Shown here in pieces: positions 26,017-36,976 of a stretch of DNA of 64,000 bases (position 1 is the first letter of the stretch; the number at the start of each line of letters is the position of its first letter). The translations under genes were made by a program, and so were the position numbers. The stretch comes from the human T2T-CHM13v2.0 reference genome, Homo sapiens. The DNA is taken from the NCBI RefSeq assembly GCF_009914755.1, contig NC_060930.1, one strand, 5' to 3'. The notes under the pieces were generated by a model. That model saw nothing but the letters and a program-made list of their open reading frames with translations. It was not told the DNA's origin and did no database searches.

Positions 26017-27339
26017 ATGAAGTTCATCTCCAATTTCTTATCCTGTCCTTCTCCAGCTGCCTCCCACCTGGGGTAGCCTCAGTGGAGAAGCACAGCTGCT
26101 AAACTAACAAGCGCAGTAAAGCTTCCTGGGCCGGATGCGCCATGAGAAGATGGGTAAAAACATTAGGAGCCATGCACCCATAAAGGAAACCAAACAGGAA
26201 ATTTGATGTGAATCATCAGAAAGCACCCTGTATGGAGAGAAGGCTGTGGGGCTTAGTCAAAGACAAAGCACATGTTGTGTTGTTTAGGGATAGTGGATGG
26301 GAGAAATCATATTAGCTGAATCTATAATAAGATAGAAACATAGAGTGTCCAGATTCTTGTAAAGCAGATGGTAAATGAATTCTGCTCCTGGAGAAGGACA
26401 GTTTAAGGAATTGGAGATGAATTTCAGCTTTAGGTACTATAAGAAAAGGCCATATTGATTCACAAGACAGTGAAGCCAGGTGTTCTGTTTCCAAGGGGCT
26501 GTGAAAGCCTTTGGCAGACTGTGTAGCTTCGGTTCATTTTCTGTCCATTTATCCACTTATTTCTGTGGCACCTGCCACGTGGGGGCTGAGAGGCAGTTAG
26601 CATTATTACACCTGCTGGCAGGCAAGAATAATTGGAGTTGCACAAAGATAAGCAGGGTTCTGTTCAGTTAAGAGCATCGTCTGAAGTGAGTGAGGCTGTC
26701 TGCACACTGGGGTGCTTTGTGGGGGTCCTAAGAGTGGTCTCTCTGAGACAGATGGTCTCGTAGTCCCAAGTCACTACTCTAATTGGTTTCTCCCGCGTAT
26801 GTAGGAGGTAACAGGGGAAGGTGGGAGCAGGTCATTAAGAACCTGTCACACTGACTGCAAAGTTAGAGAGGCTGAACACTGAGGAGAGACTGGGGCTTGT
26901 TTTCTCCCAAAGGACACTTTGGAGGCAACACTCACTGCCTCTTGCTCACACCAGCTACCACTCTGATCCTCAGAAATCACAACTTTTTGCAAGCCCATTG
27001 ATACAAGCTTGTGATGCCAATACAGGTTGTCAAGGTGGTTTTGAAGATGTTCAAGTCATATCCCATGAGGACATTAACACGAGGTTTCAGTCTTAAGCAG
27101 AAGTTAGAGGAGAGAAAGATCTAAGTGTGGTGAAAAGAGTATTGGACATTGGAGAGGTGGTGTTAAGGGTCCCTCTTGATACTGGGCATAGGAGTTATCT
27201 TTTTATCTCTTTCCTTTCCTGTAATATAAAGGCTCTGGTCCAGAAGATCTCCGAGGCCATTCCCATCAATACTGGTGGCAGGAAACTGTCTCCTCACTGC
27301 TCCCTTACACCCATTCTCTCCCCTCTTAAGCCACCTTAT

Positions 27340-27545
27340 GTAGAGATAAATCTAACATTAGTTGAGTGTCTACTATTGCACTATTCAATATAATTTACAG
27401 ATACAAACTCATTTAATCCTCATACAATCCTATGAGATAGATACTACTATTTCTATCTTGGGGATGAAGGAGTTGAGGCACAGAGAAATTATGTAACTAG
27501 CTTAGGGTCACACAGCAAGGAAGTGGCTGAGTCAGGACAGAAGCA
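27340..27545 (-). mobile_element. MIR SINE
   Basis: ctcatttaatcctcatacaatcctatgagatag...tgaggcacagaga...agggtcacacagc. Confidence 0.8.
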
Positions 27546-27569
27546 TTCTGTTTAAAAGTGTTATGGCTA

Positions 27570-28410
27570 TTCAAAATGGTCAAAGGACTTGAATGGGTAT
27601 TTTCTCCAAAGAAAATATGCAAATAGCCAACAAGCACATGAAAAGATGTTCAATATCTCTAGTCATTAGGGAAATGCAAATCAAACCCACAATGAGATGC
27701 CATATCATATCCATTAAAATGCTATTATCACACACACACAAAAGGAGAATAACAAGTGTGGTCAAGGACGTGGAGAAATTGGGACGTTTGTGCTTTGCTG
27801 ATGGGAACGTAAAATGATGTGGCTACTGTGGAAGACAGTTGGGTAGTTCCTCAACAAGTGAAACACAGAATTACCCTATCGATCCAGCAATTCCACTCCT
27901 AGGCATATACCCCAAAGAACTGAAATCGGGAACTCAAATACTTGCACACCAGTATGTACAGCAGCATTATTCACACTATGCAAAACGTGGAAACAACCTA
28001 AATGGCCACTGACAGATGAATGGATAAACAAAATGTAGTATATACAGACAATGGGCTATCACTCAGCCTTAAGAAGGAATGAAGTTCTGACATGCCACAA
28101 CATGAATGAACCTTGAAAACATGATGCTAAGTGAAATAAATCAGACACCGAAGGACAAATATTGTATGACTCCGCTTTTATGAGGTACGTAGAATAGTCA
28201 AACTCACAGAGACAGAAAGCAGACTGGTGGTTGCCAAGAAGTGAGAAGAGGGGAAAATGGGGAATTAGTGCTTAACGGCTACAGAGTTCCAGTCTGGGAT
28301 AATAAAAAAGTTCTGAAGATGGGTGGTGGTGATGGTTGCACAACATTGTGAATCTACTTAATGCCACTGAATTGTACACTTAAAAATGATGAAAATAGTA
28401 AATTTTATAA
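27570..28410 (+). mobile_element. L1MB-type LINE-1 3' end
   Basis: ORF2 C-terminal remnant ([24 protein letters not shown]) followed by L1M 3'UTR; (TA)n at 28409-28445. Confidence 0.9.
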
Positions 28411-28444
28411 TATATATATGTGTGTGTGTATATATATATATATA

Positions 28445-28798
28445 TGTCTTAGTTTGGGCTGCTATAACAAAATACCTTAGAATGGGCATTTTATAAATGA
28501 TAGAAATTTATTGCTCTCAGAACAGCCTCAGTTCTAGGGGCTGGGAAGTCCAGGATCAAGGCACCTACAGATCTGGTGTCTGATGAGGGCCTATTCCTCA
28601 TAAACAATGCCTTTTATGTGTCCTCACATGGCAGAAGGACAACAAGCTCCCTCTGGCTTCTTTTATATGGGCACTAATCCCATTCATGAAGGCTCTGCCC
28701 TCATGACTGAGTCACCTCCCCAAATTAATGCCATCACATTGGAGGATCAGGTTTCAACATATGAATCTGGGGGAAGCACAAACATTCAGAACATAGCA
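28445..28798 (-). mobile_element. MaLR LTR (MST/MLT1A-type)
   Basis: tgtcttagtttgggctgctataacaaaatacc...gtcctcacatggcagaagg...aacattcagaacatagca. Confidence 0.85.
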
Positions 28799-28827
28799 GT
28801 ATATTTTACCACAATATTAAAAAGGTG

Positions 28828-29150
28828 GGCTGGGCACAGTGGGTCACGCCGGTAATCCCAGCACTTTGGGAGGCTGGGGCAGGTGGATCACCTGAGGTCG
28901 GCAATTCAAGACCAGCCTGGGCAACATGGTGAAACACCCCTCTATTAAAAATACAAAAGTTAGGCCAGGCACGGTGGTGGGTGCCTGTAATCCCAGCTAC
29001 TTGGGAGGCTGAGGTTGTACCTCCCAGGTTGAATCTGGGAGGCAAAGTTTGCACCTGGGAGGCAAAGGTTGCAGTGAGCTGAGATCGCACCACTGCCCTC
29101 CACCCTGGGCAAGAGAGAGAGACTCCTTCTAAATAAATAAATAAATAAAT
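28828..29150 (+). mobile_element. AluS with internal rearrangement and (TAAA)n tail
   Basis: Dimeric Alu; right arm is altered at 29014-29074. Confidence 0.95.
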
Positions 29151-30249
29151 ATGTACAGTCAGATTCCTTCCCTCTAAACTACACCTATGCCATGTCCCTC
29201 CTGCTATAACACTGTTAGAGGTTCCTTTCCTCTCATCCTACTCAGTGACAGCACCTCCGCCTGGGACCCAAGTGTAGGCTGCCTCTCGTAATAAGTTCTC
29301 GGCTGCTTTCATGTAATAAGCCTCCTCACAGAAGCCACGGTCGTGGCTGCATCCTGGCCCCTGCTAGGCTGTTGCAGCCTCTGCTCTCTTCCCATGTCGG
29401 GGGTTGTCAAAGCCACACTCTTTACCAATAAACCTTTTTTAGTTGACACCAGTGCTCTGGACCCTATCTTTTGGGAATTTTTCTAAGCCTTGCCGTCAGT
29501 GCCACAATCTTAATGTTGAATGAGACACTGCTTTGCACCGGTGTCTGCGTGTATGATGTCACTGCATCACCACTGCAATTCTACTTTGGGTCTAGAGTCA
29601 AGGGCAGAAGTGGAAATGCAGCAAACAATAAATACTTCGTGACTTGCCTCAAAATGATAATACCGCCGACTTTTATTTCAGCTCTGGCTTCCAGCTCGCC
29701 TTTGGGATTGGTCTGTGCTGAAAGCAATTTCCAAAGTTAGGACCAAAGAAGGAGCAGATGAATATAATTAGGAGAGGAAGAATAGGAGTCAGCCAAGCAG
29801 AGATCTGGTTCATTAATAATGGCCTTCGATTAGAATACTGCTTTTTGGGTGGCGTCTTTAGGATTCTCAGCATCAAGAGAGGCTGTAATTGCTTACAATG
29901 TTATCGGCCCTGTTGTCTTGTCATTTTATTTCTTAGCTGTTTTATATTCTGGGCGTAGAACCAGCTGGGAAGGATACAAGCCCAGTGGTGTCAGTGATAG
30001 CGGCTAACTGCAGGTATGGTCCATATTTAAGCCTGGGCTTTTATTCAAGTCCTTCATATTGTACACTCCTCAAACTGCTTAATGGAAGTGGGGGAAGAAG
30101 TGATATGGTTGGGGGGTCAGACAGGGAGGGGAAGGGAAGTGTTGAAACGTCATAAATTATGCAGTACTTAAAAAAATTCAAATTAATTTGAAGCACCTTT
30201 AATTATCTGCTTTATCCTCGTTTTATACTTTTGTCTGTGAAATAAAAAG

Positions 30250-30900
30250 CAACGTCCTCGCAGGCCGATGCGCTGTACCTGAACCGGGTGTGGCCAAACT
30301 GATCTTCCTGCCACCAAAGCCTGCAGGCTGTTCCCACTGCAGTGAAGACGTGCGGCGGTGAGCCTGCCTCTCCTGCCTGCGTTGGGAGGTGAGGTTCGGA
30401 TGTGATCAACAGCGACCTCTAGCGTGAGCCTGAGACTTTGCATTTGGTTAAGCGTACAGAAGGAAAATAGCAGACATGGGAATTCTGATCAAATTTCCAA
30501 CGAACAAAGGCGAGGTAACAAAAAACATTTCTCATTGTTTCCCCTGGTAGAGAAGCCCAGGACTGACAGCTGAGGATTTCACTTCATTGGTACCACTTAC
30601 TCCCATCAGTGCTGGAGATGCTATTCCAAACATTGCCTTATTTCTTTTCCCTCAAACGGATCATTGGGATTGGTTTTAAAAAGCCCTTTCACTTGCCTTT
30701 AGGATTTCAACCAGAGAGTTCCCATAGGAAAGCATCAACTCTTTTACTGCAGGGTGTGTGTGTGTGTGTGTGTGTGTGGTTGAAATAGCGGACAGGAGAG
30801 TAGGAGAGAAGAGCAATGTCTCCGGGCGCTGTGAGGAGGTCAGGGGTTCCCGCTCACCCTTCTTCACTGACAGCCGCTCCCTAGAGGTGGCCAGCTCTCC
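30250..30900. promoter_or_regulatory. CpG-retaining regulatory candidate with CTCF-like motifs
   Basis: About 13 CpG in 30250-30460; cagcgacctctagcgt (about 30410-30425) and cgctccctagagg (about 30875-30887) resemble CTCF cores in the same orientation; (TG)n at 30754-30778. Confidence 0.5.
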
Positions 30901-31689
30901 ATTTCTACCTGAGGCTGTCGACTATTGAAGATTTCCTTCCCCTGACCTTGGTGCGTTCACAGAGCAGCAATCAGCTCCAGGGGGTTCTTGCCCTCGCCCC
31001 TGCTTTCTGCTTCCGTCTTCTGCCCCTCCCACTCTTCTGAAGCCAGGTTCTGAGTCTCCAGGGTGATGTGCAGGCCAAGTGTGTGCACAGGCTGATGGCG
31101 CTCATTCCCAGCGAAGAATGGGGCCAGAGGATGACTTCCAAACTCTGTCAGGAGCCAGGAGCAGATTCTTTAGAGAAAGGCTAACATCGCAGTTCATGGC
31201 CCATGACTTTGCTGTTGGGGATGGGAATTTGTGGGATGTGTTTTGCAAGGGGTTTGGGGGGTTAGGGAATGAGGGAATATATTTTCCTGTAACTTCAACC
31301 AATTGAAGGCAGATAGATTTGCAGTACATATTTGCTGTAATAACTGGGTTTGGCCTGCCGTTGCCTTTTAACCAAGCTTCAACATAGAAATGCTCCATGT
31401 TTTGCTGTTGTGTTTTAAGCTATGAGCACATAATGGTGCTTGGGGCTTTCTCAATTTCACCTGTGCTTCCTCCTCCCAGTAGTATTAGATCAAGGACCCA
31501 AGCATTTGCTTAAAGGGCCTTAACTCTCAGGGCCTAATCCACGTGCCCTATCAATACACAAACTTACAGAGACATTTTCAGAGTTATGAAAATGTACACA
31601 TCAGAAGCAAGAAGTATATTACATGTGAATACCCTTTATACAATTTCTATTAGACTTGTCCTAGTTTCTTTTAGCAACAACCATTGTCC

Positions 31690-32208
31690 CCACAAAGATT
31701 CTCTTCTTGACCAAACTAGCAGACTCCCCTGAGCCCTCTTCTCTACTGGGGCTCGACCTTGATCTATAAACACTTGAACAAACACTAACAAAGTATCAAA
31801 AAACTCAAAGCTGCACCCCTCAGATGACCCTAGCCCCCATAAAGCACCTGCCTGAGAGAACTCAAGGCTACTAAAAGAATTTACTGTTTGTTCCTGCCAA
31901 CACCTAAAGACAGGGTCCCAGTCACCCAATCTCTGTAGTAGGGTAGGAATCTAATTTCAATAAGTGCCAATTAGCAAATCCAGGTGGGTTTCACGTGGAT
32001 CAACACCTCCTTCTCACTTTTTGTAATTTTTCACTTCTCTGACTCTACTGAGCCTCTACTCCCTCAATCCCATTTTGAAATATCCAGCCACATCTGCAAA
32101 TCAAGGATGAGTTCAGTTCACACTGGACTCTTTTCTCTATTGCAATTGTTATTAATGTTTAAAATAGGCCCTTTCCACTTTAGTGTCCAGTTTTGTCTCC
32201 CTTTGATA
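31690..32208 (+). mobile_element. MER67-type ERV1 solo LTR
   Basis: acaaagattctc..tgaccaaact...ctgcctgagagaactcaaggct..aaaagaatttactgtttgttcc...ctttgata. Confidence 0.7.
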
Positions 32209-34394
32209 GTCCATTTAAAAATGGTCCACAATGGTTGAACACATATTGAGCACCGTTTACTACAATCAGTGCTGAAGAAGCAGAGAAGAATCAGACAGTG
32301 TCCAAAGTAGTCCTCAAGGATCCAGCCATAAACTCACCATTAAAAAAAAAAACCCGTAAATACCAACGTGGTTCCCATATAGGGCCCCTGAGCATAGAAA
32401 ATCACAAAGACCTAATCCCTCATCCATGTGTGAAAGCCAATAAGTTACAGAGAGCACTGCAGGAGCCGCCCTTAGAGTTGACCATCAAAAGCCAGAGATT
32501 CACACTATATCCAGCCATGGAAACCATAGGAAGCTAACATGCTGTCCCTTGCCTGGAACACATGTTCTCCAGATATTTGCATGGCCTGCTCCGTCGTGTC
32601 CAGCATTCTTCTTCAATGTCAACTCCATGGTGAGGACTTTCCTGGCCATTCTATTTCCAGTACATCCAAAAGAACCAGGCACCTAGTAGGTGCTCAGTAA
32701 ACATCAGTTCAGTGAGTGTCTATATTTAACATTGTTGACATCTCTTTCTGGAAATGCTGTCCTCTTCACAATCTTAGTTCTTTTCTCTAGCTCTTATGTT
32801 GTGGTTTCTTTGTTTTCCATACTCTTATTTTTCAAGGCTCAGGTTCTTAACACATACTTTTCTCTTTCTCCACTTTATTCATTGGGGATCATATGGATTC
32901 TCAGAGCTGTATGTCTCACATCTATGCTCCCTGCTAGTCTCATATTTCTAGCTGCCTGGTGGCCGTTTCCTTTGAGATGCCTTACTGTCACCTAAACTCC
33001 CAAATTGCTTTACCCATCGGAGTCACTATCCCTACCAGTGTCATGATTTCCCTTCTGCTCAGCTAAACTTCAAAACTTTCAAGTTCTTTTTATTCCTCTA
33101 TTTATGTTTTTTTCCCCAGTAAACACCAAGTCCTACGGGTTCTTCCTTCAGAATGTATTAATTAAGGAAATATGTATTTATTGCAAAACACAATGCTAAA
33201 TACCTAGGGAAGGTGTGGTATAAAGTTTCCTATTTTTCCCTCAGGGAGTTTGTAATCTAGGCTGAGAAGAAAACCATGTTCAGGAATTATAATTTAAGGC
33301 AGAAAATAATTAGTCTAAAGTTAGGGTTTATGAGAATGTAAAAGAGGGAAAAATACTTTCACTTGGATTAGAGAAGACTTCAGGGAACAGGGAATATTTG
33401 AGATGGGCCTTGAAAATCAGGTGGTATTTGGACAAGCAGATCCCAGGGGAGGAAGGCCTTTCGGATAGGGGGAATGGCATGAACAGAACACCCCAGAAGC
33501 AAGACAACCAGGCCTGGTGAGGGGAAGAGTCAGAGCTGAGTTCAGATGGGTCCTAGAGTGCATGAGGGAGAAGAATGGGAAGCAAGGTGGAAGAGAGAGG
33601 TCAGGGACTTTTAGTTTCATGTTGAAGGCACTGGGAAGAGATTTAAAAATATTGATCAGATAAATAATGCATCAGAGCTGTGTTTCAGGAATGTTAATCT
33701 AGTCATAGCCTCTAAATGGGTTGCAGAGGGGAAATAAAAAGAGGATCATCAGCTAGGCTACAGAACATTGCAGCCTAAATGTGGGCAGCAGAAGTAGCAG
33801 TGGAAATGCAGGCACAGGGAGGTGGAGGAGATATTGGTGAGGGAGAATGAACAGAGCTTAGCATCTGGTTGAACATGGAGAGTGAAGAAGAAGAAATGGT
33901 AACAAACAAATGCTGAGACGCTGGACCCAAGTATCTGATCTCCAAGTCAGAAATAGGGAGGAGGAGATAATCAGATTTGGGAAGAAAAGGGATGTGTTTA
34001 ATTTCAGTCCCAGTGAGTTAGAGGTGCTGGTGGGATATCCAGGTGGAAAGTTCACAGCTCCAGTAAGGAGTTAACATACATGCCTGGAAATCATGACCAC
34101 AGGCAGACCTGTACGAAACAATTTTCTCCCCAACCAAGGTGAGAGTTAAGGGCAACAGATCAATGATGATTGCCAGGATGTTTCTAATAAGGGAAGAGAA
34201 GACATTCCTTGTGAAACGCCTACACTGATGTGGCAGATGAGGGAGATCCAGAGAAGGAGTGTCAAGAGGGAAGGAAGGAGAGAGTGTCGGAGAAGACATG
34301 GACAGCAGTTCAGGAAGGAGTTCTTGGCACTGCCAAATGCTGCAGAGGCATGAGAAAGTGTGCGGTAGAGATAAAATTGTTGGATTTATGTTAG

Positions 34395-34631
34395 CACTAT
34401 GCCATGGGAAGTATAAAGAATGCATAAGATGTCCATTTCCCCCAAAGAACTTACAACTCATGGGAGAACCAAGATTAACTGTGCCTGAAACAAAAACAAC
34501 TTGTTAAAAATTATAAACATGGGGTTTAGATGTTTTGTGTAGACACCCAGGAGCTCAGCAGAAAGAAAGGCCAGTGAAAGTTGGAGGAGTCAGGGACCAT
34601 TTCATGGAAAAAGTGAGTGTTGAGCTGGCAT
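34395..34631 (+). repeat. Inverted repeat, left arm (237 bp)
   Basis: Manual alignment to the reverse complement of 35863-36099: 9 mismatches, no indels. Confidence 0.97.
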
Positions 34632-34697
34632 AGCGGGGATATGGGGATTTGCACAGGCATTGCACAGTTCAGAAGGCACCAGGCAAGAAAGGCCATG

Positions 34698-35052
34698 TAA
34701 TATAGTTTGGCTGTGTCCCCACCCAAATCCCATCTTGAATTCCCATGTGTTGCGGGAGGGACCCAGTGGAAGGTAATTGAATCATGGGGGCAGGGCTTTC
34801 CTCTGCTGTTCTTGTGATAGTGAATAAGTCTCATGAGATCTGATGATTTTATAAGTGGGAGTTCCCCTGCACATGCTCTCTCTTTGCCTGCTGCCATCCA
34901 TGTAAGATGTAACTTGCTCCTCCTTCCCTTCCACCATGATTGTGAGGCTTCCCCAGCCATGTGGAACTGTAAGTCCAATAAACCCGTTTTCCTGTAATAA
35001 TTACCCAGTCTTGGGTATGTCATTATCAGCAGCATGACAATGAACTAATGTA
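34698..35052 (+). mobile_element. THE1 (THE1A-like) MaLR solo LTR
   Basis: tagtttggctgtgtccccacccaaatc...gtaattgaatcatggggg...cagccatgtggaactgtaagtccaataaacc...tcagcagcatga. Confidence 0.92.
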
Positions 35053-35353
35053 GACAAAGGCACAAGGGTGGGAATCAGTACAGTCTGGCTCTGAGACAGT
35101 GAGGTGACCAGACTGGCCAGGGCAGGGAGCATCTGGAGAGGTTGGAAAGCAAGGTTTTGGAGAGGCAGACCGAGAATGGACTATGGAGAGTCCCAACAAA
35201 CACTGGGTGGATTGTGTAGGCTTGATGTGGTAGAAAGAAATCCTAGAATTTAGAGATCTAGAGATCTTGGAGGTTGACTGAAGTTCAAGTACCTTACCCA
35301 AGCACCCAGGGCAAGTTAGTGACAGATCCAGATAAGCAGATTTCTTGACGTCT

Positions 35354-35703
35354 TATAGTAGTCCATTCTCACACTGCTATAAAGAACTTCCTGAGACTGG
35401 GTAATTTATGAAGAAAAGAGGTTTAATTGACTCACAGTTCCACAGGCTGTACAGGAAGCATGGGTAGGAGGTCTCAGGAAACTTACAATCATGGCAGAAG
35501 GCAAAGGGGAAGCCAGCATGTCTTCCATGGCAGAGGTGGAGAGGTGCCACACACTTTTAAGCAATCAGATCTCATGAGAACTCACTCACTATCATGGGAA
35601 CAGCAAGGGGGAAATCTGCCCCCATGGTCTAATCACCTCGCACCAGTCCCCTCCTCCAATTTGACATGAGATTTGGGCCAGGACATGAATCCAAACCATA
35701 TCA
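35354..35703 (-). mobile_element. MSTA MaLR solo LTR
   Basis: tagtccattctcacactgctataaagaac..cctgagactgggtaatttat...ccaaaccatatca. Confidence 0.9.
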
Positions 35704-35862
35704 CTCCTCAATCTAAACTTGCATGAAACTGGTGTCATAAGAGATTGTTCTGTTGGTGGAGTGTAGGAGCATGGAGAAGAAGCTGGAGAGAGGAGGATCC
35801 CAGGGTTCTGAAATGAGGGCCTCTCCTAGGAAGTAAAATTGACCGTAGGGTGAAGCAAGGGC

Positions 35863-36099
35863 ATGTCAGCTCAACACCCACTTTTTCCATGAAATGGTCC
35901 CTGACTCCTCCAGCTTTCACTGGACTTTCTTTCTGCTGAGCTCCTGGGTGTCTACACAAAACATCTAAACCCTATGTTTATAATTTTTAACAAGTTGTTG
36001 TTGTTTCAGGCACAGTTAATCTTGGTTCTCCCATGAGTTGTAAGCTCTTTAGGGGAAATGGACATCTTATGCATTCTTTATACTTCCCATGCCATAGTG
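35863..36099 (-). repeat. Inverted repeat, right arm (237 bp)
   Basis: Reverse complement of 34395-34631, 228/237 identical. Confidence 0.97.
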
Positions 36100-36145
36100 T
36101 TCAGCACATCATTGTAACAAATACACGTAGTTTAGTTGTTATGTG

Positions 36146-36562
36146 TGTGCCAGTCAGGGTTCTTCTGAGACACACATACACACGTGCGCGTGCACACACA
36201 CAAGTGCGCGCGCACACACACACACTTATTTTAATGAATTTGCTAATGTGATTATGGGGATGTGGCAAGTGCTAAATCTGTGGGGCAGGTGGTAAGCTGG
36301 AAACTCAAGTGGGAGTTGATGTGTCAGTATTAGGGCAGAATTTCTTCTTTGGGAAACCTCAGTTTTTGCTTTTTAGGCCTTCAAATGATTGGATGAGACC
36401 CACCTACATTATTAAAGGCCATTTCATTTACTTCCAAGTCAACTGACTGTAGATGTTAACCACATCTACAAAATACCTTCCCAGCAACACCTAGATTAAT
36501 GTTTGATTAAATAACTGGGTACTATGGTCTACCCAAGCTGACACATAAAACTGACCATCTCA
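36146..36562 (-). mobile_element. MLT2 (MLT2D-like) ERVL LTR with CA/CG microsatellite
   Basis: agtcagggttct...aggccttcaaatgattggatgagacccacc...caagctgacacataaaactgaccatc. Confidence 0.85.
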
Positions 36563-36819
36563 TTGCACTTACTGATGGAGTCATAGTGAGAAATTCAACA
36601 GATGGAGTTTTCAGAGTAAAAGCAGAGAAGGGTCACTGAGAGGCCTGGATAAGAAGCAGTGAATTTCCAGGGTGCGTGGAAAACTGATGCCATGTGGTGC
36701 TCCTGGGTGAGGTCCTTGGCAAGAAGTTTATGAATCAGCAGGAACTTGCAGGTTCTGGAAATTTTAGGGTTAAAAGGATGAGAGGAGGAGATCACTGGTA
36801 GAAGGTACTGGAAATGTTT

Positions 36820-36976
36820 TTATATAAAGAAAAGGAAAGAGAGAGGGAGAGAAGAGAGGGAAGAGAAAGGAGAGAGAGAAAGAGAAGGGAAGAAGGTAGA
36901 GGGAGTGGGGAGAAAAACAGGGAGGGAGGTGAGAGAGAGAGAGAGAGAGAGAGAGCACAGGAGGAGGAGGAGAGAG
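36820..36976. repeat. GA-rich low-complexity tract with (GA)n
   Basis: About 155 bp almost entirely purines on the + strand. Confidence 0.9.

Larger units (their letters stand above)
33150..35240 (-). mobile_element. L2 fragments (two segments; the second is interrupted by THE1A)
   Basis: Purine-rich reverse-L2 text (gggatatccaggtggaaag; caaatgctgcagagg; ggagtcagggaccatttcatggaaaaagtgagtgttgagctg). Confidence 0.7.

Noticed and set aside
34526-35035. 169-aa minus-strand ORF
   Set aside because: Antisense reading of the THE1 LTR, a common spurious ORF.
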